From contig JASEHL010000001.1 in NCBI GenBank assembly GCA_030018805.1, positions 1-57,521 of the forward strand: a DNA stretch of 57,521 nt, in the 5' to 3' direction. This document shows, piece after piece, positions 16,697 to 28,056 of the stretch. The stretch comes from Patescibacteria group bacterium (GTDB lineage: Bacteria > Patescibacteriota > Minisyncoccia > Moranbacterales > UBA11712). The notes under the pieces were generated by a model, which had not been told where the DNA came from, made no database searches, and saw only the letters and a program-made list of their open reading frames with translations. Both the position numbers and the translations under genes were made by a program. Position 1 is the first letter of the stretch, and every line of letters starts with the position of its first letter.

Positions 16697-18121
16697 TCAA
16701 AGCCGCTCCACCGCCTCCCGAAATTTATCCCCCCGATCAAATTCATTGAGGAATAGGCCAAAGCTCGCCGCACCGGGAGAAAGAAGAACCGTGTCTCCTG
16801 GACCAGCGATATTTTTCGCCCGGATGACCGCTTTTTCCATCAAATCAAACTCGCTGTCAATAATTCCACTCCCAGAGTTGAACTCTGGGAGTTTGCCCAA
16901 TTCGGTTTTTATTTTCTCCGTTGCTTCGCCTTTGAGCAAAATAGTTTTTTTCACTTTTTCGGCAATGGCTCTTGCGAATTCTTTGAATTCCAGGTTTTTG
17001 TCCGCTCCACCGGCGATAAGAATCACGGGCTTGGAAAAAGAATTGATTCCCGCAATGGCCGCGTCCGGCACCGTCGCCGTCGTATCATTATAATATTTCA
17101 CTCCTCCGAGTTCTCGAACTAGTTCCAACCGGTGCTCAACGCCCTTGAAATTTTTCACCGCCTCGCAAATTTTTTCAGGCGCCACTTCAAAAGCAACTGC
17201 TGCGCCCACTGCCGCGAGAACGTTATACAAATTATGACCGCCGAGAAGTTTGACGTCGTTCAGGTCGCAGATGACTTTTTCTTCGTCTTTATCATTGAAT
17301 ATTATTTTACCTTTCGCGATGTAGACGTCCGACGTCTTAATCGTAGACGTCGGACGTCTACAGGATTCCGTCGAAAAAAATATTACTTGCGACTTTGTCT
17401 CTTTGGCCATTTCGCGCACAACTTCGTTGTCCCAGTTCAAAATGACATAATCATCCGCCTTTTGATTCGAGAAAATATATTTTTTGTCAGCAATGTATTT
17501 TTCCATCGAGCCGTAATAATTGAGATGGTCCCGATGGATATTGGTTATCACCGCAATATGCGGACTCGAGTTGGCACGGCCCAGCGCGGAAAGCCTCCAG
17601 CTCGAAAGCTCAAAAACGATGACTCCACTTTTTTCTCCTTCGATATTTTCCAGGAGATCAAGGACTGGTTTTTGTCCGATTCCGGCCGTGAAGACATTTT
17701 TGCCGGCCGTTTTCAAAATTTCCGCAATCAAGATAGCAGTCGTCGTTTTTCCCTTCGTTCCCGTCACTCCAATAACCGGCAGTCTGCACAATTTAAAAAA
17801 GATACTCGAATCCATTTCGACCGGAATTTTTTTATTGAGAGCCGCCTGAATATGCTTTGAGCTCCATGGAACAGCCGGGCCCTTCACAACCATATCAACA
17901 TTTTCAAAGTCTTCCATTCGATGTTGGCCAAGCACGAAAGTAACATTTTTGAGGTCTTTTAATTTCTTGAGTGAGGGTTTGAGCTCTTTTTCCGTTTTCA
18001 TGTCCGTCGCGATAACTTTCGCTCCTACGCCAGAAAAAAAACGAACGGTTGCCACTCCGCCGCCGTGCAATCCTATTCCCGCTACTGTGATTTTCTTGTT
18101 TTTGAAATCGGATTTCTTCAT
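16697..18121 (-). CDS. murD: UDP-N-acetylmuramoylalanine--D-glutamate ligase
   Basis: 474 aa. GIGLHGGGVATVRF..., GVTGTKGKTTT and the overall Mur ligase layout are present. It contains an in-frame palindromic insert. Confidence 0.9.
   Translation of the reverse strand: MKKSDFKNKKITVAGIGLHGGGVATVRFFSGVGAKVIATDMKTEKELKPSLKKLKDLKNVTFVLGQHRMEDFENVDMVVKGPAVPWSSKHIQAALNKKIPVEMDSSIFFKLCRLPVIGVTGTKGKTTTAILIAEILKTAGKNVFTAGIGQKPVLDLLENIEGEKSGVIVFELSSWRLSALGRANSSPHIAVITNIHRDHLNYYGSMEKYIADKKYIFSNQKADDYVILNWDNEVVREMAKETKSQVIFFSTESCRRPTSTIKTSDVYIAKGKIIFNDKDEEKVICDLNDVKLLGGHNLYNVLAAVGAAVAFEVAPEKICEAVKNFKGVEHRLELVRELGGVKYYNDTTATVPDAAIAGINSFSKPVILIAGGADKNLEFKEFARAIAEKVKKTILLKGEATEKIKTELGKLPEFNSGSGIIDSEFDLMEKAVIRAKNIAGPGDTVLLSPGAASFGLFLNEFDRGDKFREAVERL
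17321..17361. repeat. family-B palindromic element inside murD
   Basis: gtagacgtccgacgtct-taatc-gtagacgtcggacgtctac has perfect 17-bp inverted arms. It encodes CRRPTSTIKTSDVY. Confidence 0.9.
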
Positions 18122-18137
18122 GAAACTGGTCTGCGAA

Positions 18138-18196
18138 CTACGAATCTAGTACCAATATACAAATTCGTATATTCGTATGAGATTGGTAATTCGTAG
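18138..18196. repeat. intergenic nested hairpin with attcgta heptad arms, copy 1
   Basis: ctacgaat...taccaat...atacaaattcgtat...attggta...attcgtag. It fills the spacer between the deacylase stop and the murD start. Confidence 0.8.
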
Positions 18197-18197
18197 C

Positions 18198-19772
18198 CTA
18201 GTTTAAAATAAATTCTCCATTCATCTCACTTGTGAGTTTTCCATCTCGCAGAGCGAATTTTCCGTTTACAACCACTTCGCTGATCCCATCGGGATATTGA
18301 TAGGGACTTTCAACTGTCGCTTTATCCGCGATTTTTTCCGGATCAAATACGACTATATCAGCTTTGTAATTTTTCTGCAAAATTCCTCTGTCCTCGATTC
18401 CCATTTTTTCGGCCGGCATTGAAGTCATTTTTTTGACCGCCTCCTCGAGGCTCAAAAGTTTTTCTTGCCGAACATATTTTCCCAAGATTCGCGGAAATGT
18501 GCCAAAGCATCTCGGATGGACCAATTCGCCGGTATCTTTATGCGCGATATCGTATCCCGCTCCGTCCGAAGCGATAATTGAAAGCGGATGTTTGATCGTC
18601 TTCCTCACGTTTTCTTCGCTCAAGCATTCCATAATCGTAATCACTCTTCCTTCGCTCGCCACCAAAAGATCAACAATCGCTTCTTCAACTGAAATCTCGC
18701 GCTCTTTCGCGACCTCTGAAATTTTCCGCTTGGCGAGAGATTTTGCGAATGGACAGATGGCAATAACCGCGTCTTCATAGTGATACTGGGTTGTTTTTTT
18801 CATTTCTTCAATAATTTTTTCCCGCAGATGCTTCTCTTTGAGCCGGCGCAGGAACATCTTTTTCCCGCCCTCGGCCGCCCAAGCCGGCAAAAAGACATAA
18901 AGAACCGATCCTGTTTGGGTATAGGGATAAACATCAAAATTGATATCAACTCCCGCTTTTCGCGCTTTCTCGATTTCCGCCAAAACTTCGTCCATAAACG
19001 GCCAGTTTTTCTCACCCATAACTTTGAGATGGGAAATTTCGAGACTCACTCCCGTCTGCTTTGCAAGATCAATTGCCTCCTTGAGAGCCGCTAAGATGGA
19101 CCCCGCCTCGTCGCGAAGATGAGTTGTGTATGGCCGGTTGTACTTCTTCAAAATTTCCGCGAGTTCCACCAACTCGTCCCAAGTTGCCGATTTTTCATGG
19201 GAGTACGCCAAGCCCGTCGAAAATCCCATCCCGCCTTCCGAAAGCGATTTATCCAAAATTTTTCCGACCAAGTCAAGTTCATTTTGATCAAGACGGCGCA
19301 TTTCATCAAGTGCCACGCCCCGCCGCAAAGTTCCGTGTCCCACCAGCGAACCGAAATTGACCCCGAATTTTCGCTCACGCATTTTTTCAGAAAATTCCCC
19401 AAAAGACAACCAATCGACATTCACTTCTTTTATGTCCGCCCATTTCTGGATCGATTCGATTATTTTTCCGTCCGTGAGCGGCGCGATGGAAGCCCCGCAA
19501 TTTCCGCCGACGATTGTCGTTACGCCCTGGTGCACAAGACTTGGAAGCCGCGGATCAAGAAACAGCCGCCAGTATCCGTCGGAGTGGTTGTGCATGTCGA
19601 TGAAGCCCGGCGCGACAACTTTTCCGGAGGCGTCAATTTCCATTTTTCCTTTCGCAAATCCCAATTTTCCGATCTTCGCGATTTTGTTTTTGTTCACGGC
19701 GACATTGGTTTTCATGCCCGGTTTTCCAGTGCCGTCAACAACAGTACCGTTTTTTATCAGGATATCGTACAT
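18198..19772 (-). CDS. N-acyl-D-amino-acid deacylase (D-aminoacylase) family amidohydrolase
   Basis: 524 aa. The N-terminus is typical of the family: YDILIKNGTVVDGTGKPG...IDASGKVVAPGFIDMHNHSD. Confidence 0.8.
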   Translation of the reverse strand: MYDILIKNGTVVDGTGKPGMKTNVAVNKNKIAKIGKLGFAKGKMEIDASGKVVAPGFIDMHNHSDGYWRLFLDPRLPSLVHQGVTTIVGGNCGASIAPLTDGKIIESIQKWADIKEVNVDWLSFGEFSEKMRERKFGVNFGSLVGHGTLRRGVALDEMRRLDQNELDLVGKILDKSLSEGGMGFSTGLAYSHEKSATWDELVELAEILKKYNRPYTTHLRDEAGSILAALKEAIDLAKQTGVSLEISHLKVMGEKNWPFMDEVLAEIEKARKAGVDINFDVYPYTQTGSVLYVFLPAWAAEGGKKMFLRRLKEKHLREKIIEEMKKTTQYHYEDAVIAICPFAKSLAKRKISEVAKEREISVEEAIVDLLVASEGRVITIMECLSEENVRKTIKHPLSIIASDGAGYDIAHKDTGELVHPRCFGTFPRILGKYVRQEKLLSLEEAVKKMTSMPAEKMGIEDRGILQKNYKADIVVFDPEKIADKATVESPYQYPDGISEVVVNGKFALRDGKLTSEMNGEFILN

Positions 19773-19782
19773 TTTTTTATTT

Positions 19783-19841
19783 TTACCCTGTTAAATTCCG
19801 CCTCTGGCGGACCTCGCAAAGAAAGGATTTAACAGGGTGAA
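19783..19841. repeat. family-A palindromic element, copy 3 (between murI and the deacylase gene)
   Basis: ttaccctgttaaat-tccgcctctggcgga-cctcgcaaagaaagg-atttaacagggtgaa. Confidence 0.85.
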
Positions 19842-19843
19842 TT

Positions 19844-20611
19844 TTATATTTCTATTTTCAAAATCTTCACTCTCTTCCCTAATATCTTCCCCGCCAATTT
19901 CTCAAAATGAGGGGTTAGATCACTCACAAAATATTCGTCTTCACTTGGAAATCCGGTTTCCAAGTCGGTTTTTTCCAGTTCTTTTGCTAATTTTTCGCCC
20001 GAAGCGATCACTTTGGTTCTGCGTCCCATCACGCCGGAAATAATTTTTTCAAGCAAAGGATAATGTGTGCACCCCAAAAGCAAAGTGTCAATTTTATTTA
20101 ATTTTAATTCGCGAAGATAAGTTCGGGCGATTTTTCTTGTTTCCGGGCGCTTGATCCAATTTTCTTCGACTAAATGGACAAAAAGCGGACAAGCTTTGGT
20201 GAAAACTTCTATTTCCGGATCAAGCTCTGAAATCTTTTTTTTGTAGACACTGCTGTTGATGGTTGCTGTGGTACCGATTACTCCAATTTTTTTGTTTTTC
20301 GTCGCTTCAACTGCCGCCTCCGCGCCGGAACTTACGACATCGTATATTTTGAGATCCGGATAAATTTCGCGAAGATAATCCGCCGCCAAAGCCGACGCGC
20401 TATTACAAGCAATAACGATTGTCCGACAACCTTTTTTCTTCAAAAATTCCGCAATCTCGCTTGAAAATTTCTGAATCGTTTCTTGGCTTTTATTTCCGTA
20501 CGGCAACCGCGCCGTGTCGCCGAAATATATAATCGGAGCGTCCGGCAAAATTTTTTTTATTTCTTTGACAACCGTCAACCCCCCCACTCCGGAATCGAAA
20601 ACACCGATCAT
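19844..20611 (-). CDS. murI: glutamate racemase
   Basis: 255 aa with IGVFDSGVGGLTV, IVIACNSASA and LLGCTHYP. Confidence 0.9.
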   Translation of the reverse strand: MIGVFDSGVGGLTVVKEIKKILPDAPIIYFGDTARLPYGNKSQETIQKFSSEIAEFLKKKGCRTIVIACNSASALAADYLREIYPDLKIYDVVSSGAEAAVEATKNKKIGVIGTTATINSSVYKKKISELDPEIEVFTKACPLFVHLVEENWIKRPETRKIARTYLRELKLNKIDTLLLGCTHYPLLEKIISGVMGRRTKVIASGEKLAKELEKTDLETGFPSEDEYFVSDLTPHFEKLAGKILGKRVKILKIEI

Positions 20612-21609
20612 AACTTTCTCCCCACTAATTCCGCCATTTCAACCAAGCGGTTCGCGTATCCCCATTCGTTGTCGTACCACCCCACGACTTTCGCGAGATT
20701 GCCCTGCGCCATCGTCAAAGGCAAATCCACGATCGCGCTTGCCGGATTGCCCTTGAAGTCCATCGAGACCAGTTCTTCGTCGGAAACTGTCAAGATATTC
20801 TTCAAATAACTTTCCGCCGCTTCCCGATAGGCCGAGTTTATTTCTTCAGCCGTTGTTTCTTTTTTCAAGACGCACACAAAATCTGTCGCGGAAACGACCG
20901 GTGTCGGAACGCGCATCGCAATCCCGTTCAATTTCCCTTCAAGGTTTTTCATCGCTTTCCCGACGGTTTTCGCCGCCCCGGTCGATGTCGGGATTATATT
21001 CACCGCCGCCGCTCTCGCCCGGCGCAAATCTTTGTGCGGCAGATCCAGAATTCTTTGGTCATTTGTATATGAGTGAATAGTGGTCATAAAACCCCTTTCC
21101 ACTCCGAATTTGTCATCCAAAACTTTTATCATCGGCGCGAGGCAATTCGTCGTGCATGAACCGTTGGAAATTATATTTTCTGATGGATTATAATCTTTTT
21201 CGTTCACGCCAATAAGATACACCGGAATGTCATCCCCTTTCGGTGGCGCGCTCAAAATAACTTTTTTGGCGCCGGCTTCAATATGTTTCCCCGCTTTCTC
21301 CCAATCGTCGAAAACTCCGCTGCATTCAAGAACAATGTCCACTCCCAAATCTTTCCAAGGAAGCTTGGCCGGGTCCGGTTCAGTCAGGCTTTTTATTTTT
21401 TTGCCGTCAACAATAATTTCCCCGTCGCCCGTTTCCACGGTTTTGTTATAGACACCGTATAAGCTGTCGTATTTCAAGAGATGAGCCAGCGTTTTGTCGT
21501 CGGCGAGATCGTTGATGGCGACTACTTCCAAATTTTCTTTTTCAAACGCGATTTTGAGCGTCGGCCGGCCGATCCGGCCGAAACCGTTGATAGCAATTTT
21601 CAAATTCAT
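20608..21609 (-). CDS. gap: type I glyceraldehyde-3-phosphate dehydrogenase
   Basis: 333 aa with INGFGRIGR, SNGSCTTNCLAP and WYDNEWGY. Confidence 0.95.
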   Translation of the reverse strand: MNLKIAINGFGRIGRPTLKIAFEKENLEVVAINDLADDKTLAHLLKYDSLYGVYNKTVETGDGEIIVDGKKIKSLTEPDPAKLPWKDLGVDIVLECSGVFDDWEKAGKHIEAGAKKVILSAPPKGDDIPVYLIGVNEKDYNPSENIISNGSCTTNCLAPMIKVLDDKFGVERGFMTTIHSYTNDQRILDLPHKDLRRARAAAVNIIPTSTGAAKTVGKAMKNLEGKLNGIAMRVPTPVVSATDFVCVLKKETTAEEINSAYREAAESYLKNILTVSDEELVSMDFKGNPASAIVDLPLTMAQGNLAKVVGWYDNEWGYANRLVEMAELVGRKL

Positions 21610-21704
21610 ATATATAATTTAATGTTTACCCCCACACCAAAATGATTCATTAGCATAAGAGCGGATATCCACCCCAAACCGACGTATTGGTGTGGGGGTT
21701 AATA

Positions 21705-22223
21705 TTATTCTATAATATTCAGGCCGCGAAATATTCTCTCGTATGCCAGGAGAGCCGTCTTGATTTCCTCCATGCTTATTTCGTAAGCCGGATCTTTGAT
21801 TATTTTGTCATTGAGCGCGTGTACTTCGCGCATATCGTCAATTCCCACCAGCTGGCCGGGTTTTATGTTGCTTATTTTTTCTTCCGTGTTTTTTCCGGCA
21901 TACCCAAGTTTTCCTAAAACTTCGTCCAGTATTTTGTCCGCTTCGATTATCGCCACTTTTCCGCTGGCGACGCTTTTCTCATCAAGTCGCCTTTTCACGC
22001 TTTCCCATACGGGGATGAACTTGGACTTTTTGAGTCTTGGGACCCCCGATCCATAAAGAGCGATTCGCATATCGGTCCGAACTCTTTTCGAGAGAAGAAG
22101 TATGTTGGCAACAAGAAGAACGGCCGTTGCAAAACCGGCAATTATTTTCACGTAAAAGAAAAAATTTGACTGGGAGAAAGCGTTCCACGCCGAGAAAAAG
22201 GGAGTGGCTATGTCAATTTCCAT
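21705..22223 (-). CDS. hypothetical membrane protein
   Basis: 172 aa with one N-terminal TM segment. Confidence 0.55.
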   Translation of the reverse strand: MEIDIATPFFSAWNAFSQSNFFFYVKIIAGFATAVLLVANILLLSKRVRTDMRIALYGSGVPRLKKSKFIPVWESVKRRLDEKSVASGKVAIIEADKILDEVLGKLGYAGKNTEEKISNIKPGQLVGIDDMREVHALNDKIIKDPAYEISMEEIKTALLAYERIFRGLNIIE

Positions 22224-22248
22224 TTTACCGTATTTAGAAAATTATTTT

Positions 22249-23694
22249 TTACGCGCTTTGTTCAAGAGTGTGCGCCGCGGAAAGCAACGTTTCTTCGTCA
22301 AACCATTTTCCCATTAGCTGCAAGCCGACAGGCAGATCCTTCTCTTTTATTCTAACATTTCCGCAGGGAATGGAAATAGCTGGAATTCCGGCAATATTGG
22401 CCGTTACGGTATAGATGTCAGAAAGATACATCTCGAGCGGATTTTCGGTTTTTTCTCCAATCTTAAAAGCGGGCGTGGGCGCCGTCGGGCCAAGAATCAG
22501 ATCCACTTTCTCAAAAGTTTCTTCAAATTCTTTTTTGATAAGAGCGCGCACCTTTTGGGCCTTTGCGTAATATCTGTCATAATATCCAGCGCTCAAAGCG
22601 TATGTGCCGAGCATAATCCGGCGCTTCACTTCTTTCCCGAGATATTTCGCGCGAGACTTGAAATATATATCTTGCAGAATTAAATTTTCATTCAATCCCA
22701 TTTCCTTTTCAATTGATTGCCCAAAGCGTATTCCGTCAAAACGCGCCAGGTTTGAACTGACTTCGCACGGCATAATAATATAGTAAGTCGCGAGAGCATA
22801 CTCCCCACTCGGCAAACTTATTTCGATTATTTCCGCGCCCATTTTTTCATATTTTTTGATTGCTTCTTCAGCAAGCTTTCTAACTTTCGGATCAAGGCCG
22901 CCTTCCGAGAAATATTCTTTCGGAACTCCGATTTTCAGCTTTTTTATGTCTCCTGTGAGGCAATTCTCATATATTGTATCGCCGCTTTTTATTGTTGTTG
23001 CATCTTTTCTGTCTTTTCCCGCAATCCTGGTGAGAACAATTGCCGCGTCTTCAACTGATTTGGCAATCGGGCTGATTTGATCGAGACTCGAAGCCATTGC
23101 AATGAGGCCAAAGCGGGATACCAAACCGTAGGTTGGCTTGAGGCCGACCACTCCGCAAAATGACGCCGGCTGGCGGACAGAACCGCCCGTATCTGATCCC
23201 AAAGCATAAACGCACATTTCGGCCGCAACCGCCGCCGCTGATCCGCCGGATGAACCGCCGGGAACACGCGACGTGTCGCGGGGATTCTTCGTTGTTTGAT
23301 AGGCGCTGTTTTCCGTCGAGGAGCCCATTGCGAACTCGTCGAGATTTGTCTTTCCCAAAAATATAGAATCGCTTTCTTTCAATTTTTTTATGACTGTCGC
23401 GTCATAGGGCGAAATATAGTTTTCCAGAATCTTTGATCCGGCCGTCGCCGGCAGACCTTCGATACAAATGTTATCCTTTATTCCGCAGGGAATTCCAGCC
23501 AACAGATCAAGTTCTTCCCCGTTTTTTATTTTTTTGTCCACCGCACGCGCTTTGTCAAGCGAGAATTCCTTATTGAGGCTTAGATATGCTTTTATTTCAG
23601 GATCTTTTTTTTCGATGCGCGAAAAATAATCTTCAGTTAGTTTTTCTGAAGTTATTTTCTGGTTAATTAGCTTTTGATGAAGTTCTCTAATCAT
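22249..23694 (-). CDS. gatA: Asp/Glu-tRNA amidotransferase subunit A
   Basis: 481 aa. The amidase signature GGSSGGSAAAVAA and GSDTGGSVRQPASFCG are present. Confidence 0.95.
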   Translation of the reverse strand: MIRELHQKLINQKITSEKLTEDYFSRIEKKDPEIKAYLSLNKEFSLDKARAVDKKIKNGEELDLLAGIPCGIKDNICIEGLPATAGSKILENYISPYDATVIKKLKESDSIFLGKTNLDEFAMGSSTENSAYQTTKNPRDTSRVPGGSSGGSAAAVAAEMCVYALGSDTGGSVRQPASFCGVVGLKPTYGLVSRFGLIAMASSLDQISPIAKSVEDAAIVLTRIAGKDRKDATTIKSGDTIYENCLTGDIKKLKIGVPKEYFSEGGLDPKVRKLAEEAIKKYEKMGAEIIEISLPSGEYALATYYIIMPCEVSSNLARFDGIRFGQSIEKEMGLNENLILQDIYFKSRAKYLGKEVKRRIMLGTYALSAGYYDRYYAKAQKVRALIKKEFEETFEKVDLILGPTAPTPAFKIGEKTENPLEMYLSDIYTVTANIAGIPAISIPCGNVRIKEKDLPVGLQLMGKWFDEETLLSAAHTLEQSA

Positions 23695-23702
23695 TCAATC
23701 CG

Positions 23703-23772
23703 GTCTACAAATTACGAATTTAGTACCAATATACGAATTCGTATATCCGTATGCGATTCGTAATTCGTAGAC
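23703..23772. repeat. intergenic nested hairpin with attcgta heptad arms, copy 2
   Basis: gtctacaaattacgaat...atacgaattcgtat...attcgtaattcgtagac. It fills the gatC-gatA spacer and is related to 18138-18196. Confidence 0.8.
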
Positions 23773-23776
23773 AGGG

Positions 23777-24064
23777 TTAGAAAACAGCTTTCACCTTATC
23801 GAACCGATCTTTCTTTTCCGGGAAATTTTTTATTATTCCTGTTTTCGTTTCCTCGCTATATTCAATAATTTTATCTTCCCGCGTTTCATTTTTCGCGTCG
23901 GTAATATGCGCGATCGGCTCAATCCCGTCCGTATCCGCTTCGTTCAGCTTTTCCACAAAACCCAAAATATCCGAGAGTTCTTTCAAATACTTTTCGGCTT
24001 CTTCGCCGGTTATTTCAATGCGGGCAAGATTGGCAATTTTTTGGACTTGTTGTTTGCTTAACAT
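23777..24064 (-). CDS. gatC: Asp/Glu-tRNA amidotransferase subunit C
   Basis: 95 aa. VQKIANLARIEITGEEAEKY is typical of GatC. Confidence 0.9.
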   Translation of the reverse strand: MLSKQQVQKIANLARIEITGEEAEKYLKELSDILGFVEKLNEADTDGIEPIAHITDAKNETREDKIIEYSEETKTGIIKNFPEKKDRFDKVKAVF

Positions 24065-24067
24065 AAG

Positions 24068-26271
<2,204 letters not shown>

Positions 26272-26272
26272 A

Positions 26273-26938
26273 CTATTCTAACCACAGCTTTTCATCTTGC
26301 TTTCTTTCGCGAAAATCCGCGATATTTTCGGCTGCATATTCAAAATATTCTTGAGAATTTTTAAATTGGCTTAAAATAACTTCTTTTTTGCACAATTGAT
26401 TGCTTTCTTTTCCTAAATATTCGGGAAAGCCGCACCATCTATAATTTCTGGCAGGATGTATTCCGTGTATCTCGCTGTTGCAATTCACATACACCGACAT
26501 GCGAAGAAAATTATTTGGTCCGATGCGCATTGATTTGAATCTTCCTTGAAAAAGCACGCCGCTTCTTTGATTCTTTTCATTGAAATATTTTGTGTAACTG
26601 TTTCCTAACCTTTGCATAAATATCTTTATCCCATTATTATCTGCAGTTTGTTTCAAAACGAAATGATAATGATTAGAATTGAGGCAATATGCAATAATTT
26701 CAACTAAGGGATTCCTTTGTTTAACATTCGCCGCCAGAAAATTTTGCACCGATTCTCTGGGATGATTCTCTTTGTAATCCCGCCACCTAATCATTAAACC
26801 GTCTTTTTTGTCATTTAGTAAATCCATAGCCAATAAAAATCTCTCAAAATATCTGTCGCTTAAAAACACATCCCGTTTATCAACGCCGCGATTGTATATG
26901 TGATAGTATTCATTTTCCACAAGAGGATTCTTACGCAT
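26273..26938 (-). CDS. REP-associated tyrosine transposase (IS200/IS605 TnpA-like, HUH-Y1)
   Basis: 221 aa with EYYHIYNRGVDKRDVF, the HUH motif NSNHYHFVLKQ and NSYTKYFN...GVLFQGRFKS. Confidence 0.8.
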   Translation of the reverse strand: MRKNPLVENEYYHIYNRGVDKRDVFLSDRYFERFLLAMDLLNDKKDGLMIRWRDYKENHPRESVQNFLAANVKQRNPLVEIIAYCLNSNHYHFVLKQTADNNGIKIFMQRLGNSYTKYFNEKNQRSGVLFQGRFKSMRIGPNNFLRMSVYVNCNSEIHGIHPARNYRWCGFPEYLGKESNQLCKKEVILSQFKNSQEYFEYAAENIADFRERKQDEKLWLE

Positions 26939-26947
26939 CTTCTTTTG

Positions 26948-27045
26948 ACCCTAACATTCAATGTTAGGGTAGCATATTTTTGAAGAAAACAAAAGAGCGG
27001 GTTTTCTAATGAATCCGCCCTTACCCTAACATTGAATGTTAGGGT
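26948..27045. repeat. pair of class-C REP palindromes upstream of the RAYT gene
   Basis: accctaacattcaatgttagggt (26948-26970) and accctaacattgaatgttagggt (27023-27045). Confidence 0.85.
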
Positions 27046-27048
27046 GCG

Positions 27049-27126
27049 TTAGAAAATTTCACGTTTATCTACACCGCGGTTATATATGTGATAATACTCA
27101 TTGTTTACTAATTGTGATTTTCTCAT
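27049..27126 (-). pseudogene. N-terminal remnant of a second RAYT gene
   Basis: Own translation is MRKSQLVNNEYYHIYNRGVDKREIF followed by a stop. Compare MRKNPLVENEYYHIYNRGVDKRDVF in the intact copy. Confidence 0.55.
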
Positions 27127-27134
27127 GCAATCCT

Positions 27135-27225
27135 GCTAAGGTTGAACCTTAGCGAAAGTATAACATATATTTTTACATAGCAAAAGAGCGGGTTTTTCCC
27201 GCTCTTGCTAAGGTTCAACCTTAGC
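27135..27225. repeat. pair of class-D REP palindromes next to the RAYT remnant
   Basis: gctaaggttgaaccttagc (27135-27153) and gctaaggttcaaccttagc (27207-27225). Confidence 0.85.
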
Positions 27226-27236
27226 GAAGCTCTACG

Positions 27237-27268
27237 CAAAGAACGAGCAGTACTGCTCGTTCTTTTTG
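27237..27268. terminator. intrinsic terminator-like hairpin
   Basis: gaacgagcag-ta-ctgctcgttc followed by ttttt. Confidence 0.55.
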
Positions 27269-27296
27269 GCTTCCTTAAGTTAAACTTTAGGAACGG

Positions 27297-28013
27297 TCAC
27301 TTGGAGCACACATATGCTCGACCCGTGATAAAGCTATATGAACTCCATGCAGCAGCGCAAGTACCCCCTGGCGGAAGAAAAAAATGAACCCATCCGGCAT
27401 TGCCGCAGAATCCCCAAGAGCCAAGGGCGAGTTTTTGAGTGTACCCCGAAGGACAGTATCCCTGCGGACCACCGGCGTCGTTGCACAGAGGAGTGCCCAT
27501 AGCGCCATAAGTGGGATGATCGTCATAACAATAATAGGTAAAGGAAATATCACTCGCCGCCACGGCCGCTTCGATGGCCCGCTGGGTGGCTTCGCCGCCG
27601 GCAGTCTGTCTCCCGATGGAACGAACAGCCTTTATATCGGAAACAGTGAGAGTCCCGAACTGGTTTTTCGGAATTACGGTACCGTCGTCTTTGAGAAAAT
27701 ACACCTTGCAGCCGCCAAAGGGACAGTCAGCGCTGCCGTCATCACTGGTGGTTATTCCGGAAAGAGCGGCGGTTATTGTGTCTTCGCTGCTGGTATTGGC
27801 TATTTTATTGAGAGCCCATTCCACTCCGGAGTCGGCGTTGAAGAAGGAGCCGACCGAACTTTTGGTTTTCCCACTCATTTTCTGCTCCATTACCGTTACA
27901 TAGGTGAGGCTCACCACCATGGAAAGAACCACAAACAGCAGGATGGTGGCGAGGAGGAGGGCGGAGCCTTTTCGCGCTTTTTCCTTGTTGGCACTTTTCG
28001 TTTTTTGATTCAT
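27297..28013 (-). CDS. PilX-like minor pilin with a Cys-rich C-terminal domain
   Basis: 238 aa. The N-terminus KGSALLLATILLFVVLSMVVSLTYV is PilX-like. The C-terminus contains 8 Cys residues. Confidence 0.6.
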   Translation of the reverse strand: MNQKTKSANKEKARKGSALLLATILLFVVLSMVVSLTYVTVMEQKMSGKTKSSVGSFFNADSGVEWALNKIANTSSEDTITAALSGITTSDDGSADCPFGGCKVYFLKDDGTVIPKNQFGTLTVSDIKAVRSIGRQTAGGEATQRAIEAAVAASDISFTYYCYDDHPTYGAMGTPLCNDAGGPQGYCPSGYTQKLALGSWGFCGNAGWVHFFLPPGGTCAAAWSSYSFITGRAYVCSK

Positions 28014-28056
28014 GTTTTGTATTTTAATTGTTATGATTATTTCCTGATTTGAAATT

